This document shows positions 40,272 to 44,022 of a stretch of DNA of 44,022 nucleotides, in pieces. The first letter of the stretch is position 1, and each line of letters starts with the position of its first letter. The stretch is from assembly GCA_037994305.1 (NCBI GenBank), contig JBBNAI010000263.1:1-44022 (forward strand). Reading direction: 5' to 3'. The notes under the pieces are model-generated. The model was not told where the DNA came from. It saw only the letters and a list, made by a program, of their open reading frames with translations, and made no database searches. The DNA is from Pseudomonas sp. GTDB lineage: Bacteria > Pseudomonadota > Gammaproteobacteria > Pseudomonadales > Pseudomonadaceae. Both the position numbers and the translations under genes were made by a program.

Positions 40272-41929
40272 GCAGGGTACCAGCGCGGCGTATACACCCA
40301 CTCGCCGCCATCGGCGCGTGGCATGCGCCGGGTGGTCGAAGAGCCGATGATCACCAGGGTACGCATGTCCACCTGCTCTGGCGTCAGCTCGCCCAGGGTC
40401 AGCACACGCAGGCTTTCCGCTGGCCGGCCAATATCACGACCGAGCACCACCAGGGTCTGTGGCGTGCGGTGCTGACGGACGATCTCCAGCGCGCGCCCGA
40501 GCTGCCAGGGCCGCGCCCGGGAGATCGGGTTGTAGAAGGCCATCGCCAGATCGGCGGCGGCGGCATGATCCAGGCGGTTCTCGATCACCGCCCAGGGCTT
40601 GAGGTTGTTCGACAGCGACAGCAGGCAGAAGTCATGCCCCAGCGGGGCACCGGCCTTGGCGGCGGTCGCCAAGGCGGCGGAAACCCCCGGCAGCACGTCC
40701 AGTTCGACGCTGTGCCAAGCCTCATCGCTCGAGCCTTCCAGCGCCTCCAGCACGGCGGCGGCCATGGCGAACACACCAGGATCGCCAGACGACACCACCA
40801 CCACGCGCCGTCCTTGGGCCGCCAGCTCAAAGGCATGGGCCGCGCGCTGCAGTTCCTCGCGGTTGTCGCTGCAATGCAGCACCTGTTCCGCACGGAACGG
40901 GCCCGCCATGTTCACGTAGGTTTCGTAGCCCAGCACATCGTCCGCCTGATCCAGCGCCTGGCGCACCGCCGGCACCATCAGTTCGGCAGCGCCGGGGCCG
41001 AGGCCGACCACACTGAGACGGCCACGCGCCCGGCCGATGACTTCGGCCACTTCCGGCGCCTCGGCCAGGTGCAGGCTCAGTGCCTCGCCGCACGCCAGCG
41101 CCTCGGGCAGCGTGCAATCGGCGTCGAGGAAGCGCAACGGCACGCCCAGTTCAACCGCAGCGGCAGCCAACTCGGGGCGTGCCATCGCGCTGCAATCTGC
41201 CAGCAGCACGGCCAGCGCGGCCTCGGCCAGGTGCGCATCGGCCAGTGCAGCGCGCACCAGGGCCGGTAAGTCGCCCTCCAGCTGACGCAGACGAGCCAGT
41301 ACCAGTCGCGGATGAATCAGCAACTCATCCTCCGCCACCGTGCGCTGCGGGCTGATCAAAATGCGCCGCACCGCGTCATCAGCCAGGGGCAGGTTCGCCT
41401 GCTCCAGCCAAGCCGCCTGGCCATCGATGCGCACCGACTCACCGCCAAGCAGATCACTGACGAAACGCTTGCCCTGCTCCAGATCGGCCAGGGCGTAGCC
41501 ATCCGGCGGATTGAGCAGGCAGGTGCCAAAACGCAGCTCGCCGCTGGTGGTGATGGCCGGGGCCACCTCCAGCAACGTGGCGATCTCGCGCGCCAGCAGA
41601 TTCACCCCGGCCAGGCCGCCAAGCAGTGGCACCACCGCGCTGCCATCCTCGGCCAGGGCCAGCACCGGCGGCTCGGCGCCCTTGCTGGCGAGCAGCGGCG
41701 CCAGGCTGCGAATGACGATGCCGGCGGCGCACAGGGCGATGATCGGCGTATCCCGGCGATACAGCTCGCGCAGGTTCTCGCCGAAGTCATCGAACAGCAC
41801 ATCCGCACCCTCGGCGCGGCCACGTAGGCCATGCACCTGTGCCAGCGGATAGAGCGTTTGCAGACGGCGTGCGGTGGGCAGCGCCGAAGCGCCAAGAATC
41901 ACCAGGGCGGGGGGGGTCAGGCCGACCAT
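40268..41929 (-). CDS. cobJ: Precorrin-3B C17-methyltransferase fused to an N-terminal CbiG-like domain
   Basis: CAAGIVIR...[10 protein letters not shown] (CbiG-like); [38 protein letters not shown]. Confidence 0.93.
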   Translation of the reverse strand: MVGLTPPALVILGASALPTARRLQTLYPLAQVHGLRGRAEGADVLFDDFGENLRELYRRDTPIIALCAAGIVIRSLAPLLASKGAEPPVLALAEDGSAVVPLLGGLAGVNLLAREIATLLEVAPAITTSGELRFGTCLLNPPDGYALADLEQGKRFVSDLLGGESVRIDGQAAWLEQANLPLADDAVRRILISPQRTVAEDELLIHPRLVLARLRQLEGDLPALVRAALADAHLAEAALAVLLADCSAMARPELAAAAVELGVPLRFLDADCTLPEALACGEALSLHLAEAPEVAEVIGRARGRLSVVGLGPGAAELMVPAVRQALDQADDVLGYETYVNMAGPFRAEQVLHCSDNREELQRAAHAFELAAQGRRVVVVSSGDPGVFAMAAAVLEALEGSSDEAWHSVELDVLPGVSAALATAAKAGAPLGHDFCLLSLSNNLKPWAVIENRLDHAAAADLAMAFYNPISRARPWQLGRALEIVRQHRTPQTLVVLGRDIGRPAESLRVLTLGELTPEQVDMRTLVIIGSSTTRRMPRADGGEWVYTPRWYPA

Positions 41930-42666
41930 TTCACCCCCGGCAACAGAATCAGCGAGAAATACGGCGAGTCCATCGGTTCCACCTCATCCAGCGGCACGAT
42001 GCGCTGATTGTCCATGGTCGCCCTCTCCACATACAGCGCGCGCTCGGCCAGGCCGAGCTCGCCGAGCACCCGGCGCACCTTGTCGAAGTTGCGCCCGAGC
42101 TTCATCACCACCGCCGCATCGGCAATCGCCAGGCGCTGCTTCAACTCCTCCTCCGGCAGCACACCGGAGAGCACCGACAGGCTCTGGTTGCGGTACACCA
42201 GCGGCACGCCGAGCACCGCCGCGCCACCGAGCATCGAGCATACGCCAGGGATCACCTGCGCCTCGTAGCGCTCGGCCAAGCGATCGTGCAGGTACATGTA
42301 GGAGCCGTAGAAGAACGGGTCACCCTCGCAGATCACCGCAACGTCGCGGCCGGCATCCAGGTGCAGGGCAATCTGCGCGGCGCAGGTGTCGTAGAAGTCG
42401 CTGATCACGGTTTCGTAGGTCAGTGGCGGCTCCAGCTTTTCGGTGGTCACCGGGTACACCAGCGGCAAACGCTGCTGTGCCTCGCGCAGATGCTGTTCGA
42501 TGATGCCGAAGGCGTTGCCGCCCTGCCCCTTGCTGGCTTTGGCCTTGGCCACGAAGTAGCCCACCACCGGCGCCGCCTGCAGCATGCGCAGGGCCTTGAG
42601 GGTGATCAGCTCCGGGTCGCCAGGGCCGACACCGAGGCCGAGCAGACGTCCTTTTACCGTCATCAT
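41917..42666 (-). CDS. cobI: Precorrin-2 C20-methyltransferase
   Basis: [40 protein letters not shown]. Confidence 0.93.
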   Translation of the reverse strand: MMTVKGRLLGLGVGPGDPELITLKALRMLQAAPVVGYFVAKAKASKGQGGNAFGIIEQHLREAQQRLPLVYPVTTEKLEPPLTYETVISDFYDTCAAQIALHLDAGRDVAVICEGDPFFYGSYMYLHDRLAERYEAQVIPGVCSMLGGAAVLGVPLVYRNQSLSVLSGVLPEEELKQRLAIADAAVVMKLGRNFDKVRRVLGELGLAERALYVERATMDNQRIVPLDEVEPMDSPYFSLILLPGVKWSA

Positions 42667-43289
42667 TCGACCTCCGTGGCCAGCGCATTGACTGCGGCGG
42701 CGGCCATAGCGCTGCCGCCGCGACGACCGCGCACGATCACATAAGGCACGCCACGGCTGTCGGCGGCGAGCATGTCCTTGGATTCGGCGGCGCCGATAAA
42801 GCCCACCGGCATGCCGATGATCAGCGCCGGCTTGGCGGCGCCGGCATCAATCATTTCCAGCAAATAAAACAGCGCGGTCGGCGCGTTGCCGATCACCACC
42901 ACACTGCCGTCGAGGTGCTCGCGCCAACGCTCCAGGGCCGCAGCGGAACGGGTGTTGCCGAGTTCGCGGGCCAGTTCCGGCACGCCGTCATCGTGCAGAG
43001 TGCAGACCACCGGGTTGTTCGCCGGCAGGCGCGCGCGGGTAATGCCTTCGGCGACCATCCGCGCATCGCAGAGGATCGCCGCGCCTGCGGCCAGGGCCGC
43101 ACGGCCGGCAGCCCCGGCGCCCGGCGAGAAGCGAATGTCCTGCACCACATCGACCATGCCGCAGGCGTGGATCAGGCGCACTGCGAGCTTTTCCAGATCA
43201 CTCGGGATGGCCGACAGATCGGCCTCGGCGCGAATGGTAGCGAACGACTGGCGATAGATTTCCTGGCCGTCGCGGATGTAATCAATCAT
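42663..43289 (-). CDS. cobH: Precorrin-8X methylmutase
   Basis: [47 protein letters not shown]; start moved to ATG 43289. Confidence 0.95.
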   Translation of the reverse strand: MIDYIRDGQEIYRQSFATIRAEADLSAIPSDLEKLAVRLIHACGMVDVVQDIRFSPGAGAAGRAALAAGAAILCDARMVAEGITRARLPANNPVVCTLHDDGVPELARELGNTRSAAALERWREHLDGSVVVIGNAPTALFYLLEMIDAGAAKPALIIGMPVGFIGAAESKDMLAADSRGVPYVIVRGRRGGSAMAAAAVNALATEVE

Positions 43290-44022
43290 GGGTTGTTCCT
43301 GATTCGGGCTGCGCGGCGAACCAGGCGCCGGCTTCATCGATGCTGAGGGAAGGCACCAGCAGGTGGCCGAAACCGGCCATGCCTGCAACGCGCTGATAGA
43401 GCTGATAACGCCCGCCAGGCTGAGCCAGCAGGGTGAAGGAAGCGGTATGCGCCGCCGCGCAGGAGCGCGGGCAGCCACTGAGGTGCACCTGCGGTCGCAC
43501 TGTGCTGGCACGCAGCAGGTCGGCCAGTTGGCTGGCGTCAGCCTTGGTATCGGCCAGGCCTTTGGCGCAGGCCGCCGAACCGGTGCAAGCCAGCAGGTGG
43601 GTCAGCGGTTCATGGCTATCCAGCAACAGGCCCAACGCAGCCAATTCGGCCAGCAGGTCTGGGCAGCGGGCGGCGGAGATATTCGGCAGCAATACGCCCT
43701 GCCAGGGCGTCAGGCGCAACGTGGCATCACCATGGCGCTGGGCGAGATCGGCTAGCGCCGCCAACTGCCAGGCCGTAAACCGCCCCAGCGGCGGAGCAGC
43801 CAAGATCATCTGCAAACCGGCCTGGCGCTGTGACTGCGCCCCGAGGGCAATTGCGCTCGACCCGGCAACACGTCGCCAACCCAGTACCGACTCATCGCGG
43901 CGCAGTTGGAACGGCAACCGCGCCTGCACGTGCTGGAGAAAGTCATCCACCGAGAGCCCATCGAGCAACTGGCGCATACGCGTCTGCTCTGGGCTGGCCA
44001 GTTCGAGAAACAAACGCAGCAC
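43282..44022 (-). CDS. cobG: Precorrin-3B synthase, C-terminal part (5' end lies outside the window)
   Basis: LRLTPWQ, ACTGSAACAKG, HLSGCPRSCA; upstream of cobH. Confidence 0.88.
   Translation of the reverse strand: MLRLFLELASPEQTRMRQLLDGLSVDDFLQHVQARLPFQLRRDESVLGWRRVAGSSAIALGAQSQRQAGLQMILAAPPLGRFTAWQLAALADLAQRHGDATLRLTPWQGVLLPNISAARCPDLLAELAALGLLLDSHEPLTHLLACTGSAACAKGLADTKADASQLADLLRASTVRPQVHLSGCPRSCAAAHTASFTLLAQPGGRYQLYQRVAGMAGFGHLLVPSLSIDEAGAWFAAQPESGTTHD

Noticed and set aside
41909-41916. G8 tract in the first codons of cobJ (and C7 at 4279-4285) as phase-variation sites
   Set aside because: Short tracts, reading frames intact, explained by Pro codons

Overview
A GC-rich chromosomal window, most likely from a Pseudomonas-type gammaproteobacterium judging by gene content, GTAG-type REP elements and partial synteny with P. 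aeruginosa as I recall it. I found no rRNA, tRNA, CRISPR array, integrase or transposase. Left part (0.5-13 kb): a nitrate assimilation cluster with a NarK/NasA MFS transporter, a PP2C phosphatase-Ser/Thr kinase fusion, an interposed four-gene MCE/Mla-type ABC operon, a NirB-like flavoprotein lacking the siroheme half with no nirD nearby, the assimilatory nitrate reductase and cobA. Two sigma54 promoters with NtrC-like sites and ANTAR dual-hairpin/terminator leaders control it, and it carries extra unexplained RNA-like structures at 819-960 and 2262-2387. Middle part: acyl-CoA ligase, sixA, DUF4389, gpsA, a hybrid sensor kinase, fabAB, two chemoreceptors (one soluble, sigma54-linked, with a C-terminal Cache-like domain), osmC/pirin/dienelactone hydrolase, and an MHYT-PAS hybrid kinase plus HD-GYP module behind a sigma28-like promoter. 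Right part: htpG, two PaaI thioesterases, tandem small lipoproteins with AlgU-like promoters, a MAPEG protein, a YdcA-like Cys-rich protein and cobJ-cobI-cobH-cobG (partial). All calls come from motif recognition by eye; no database searches or folding programs were run.
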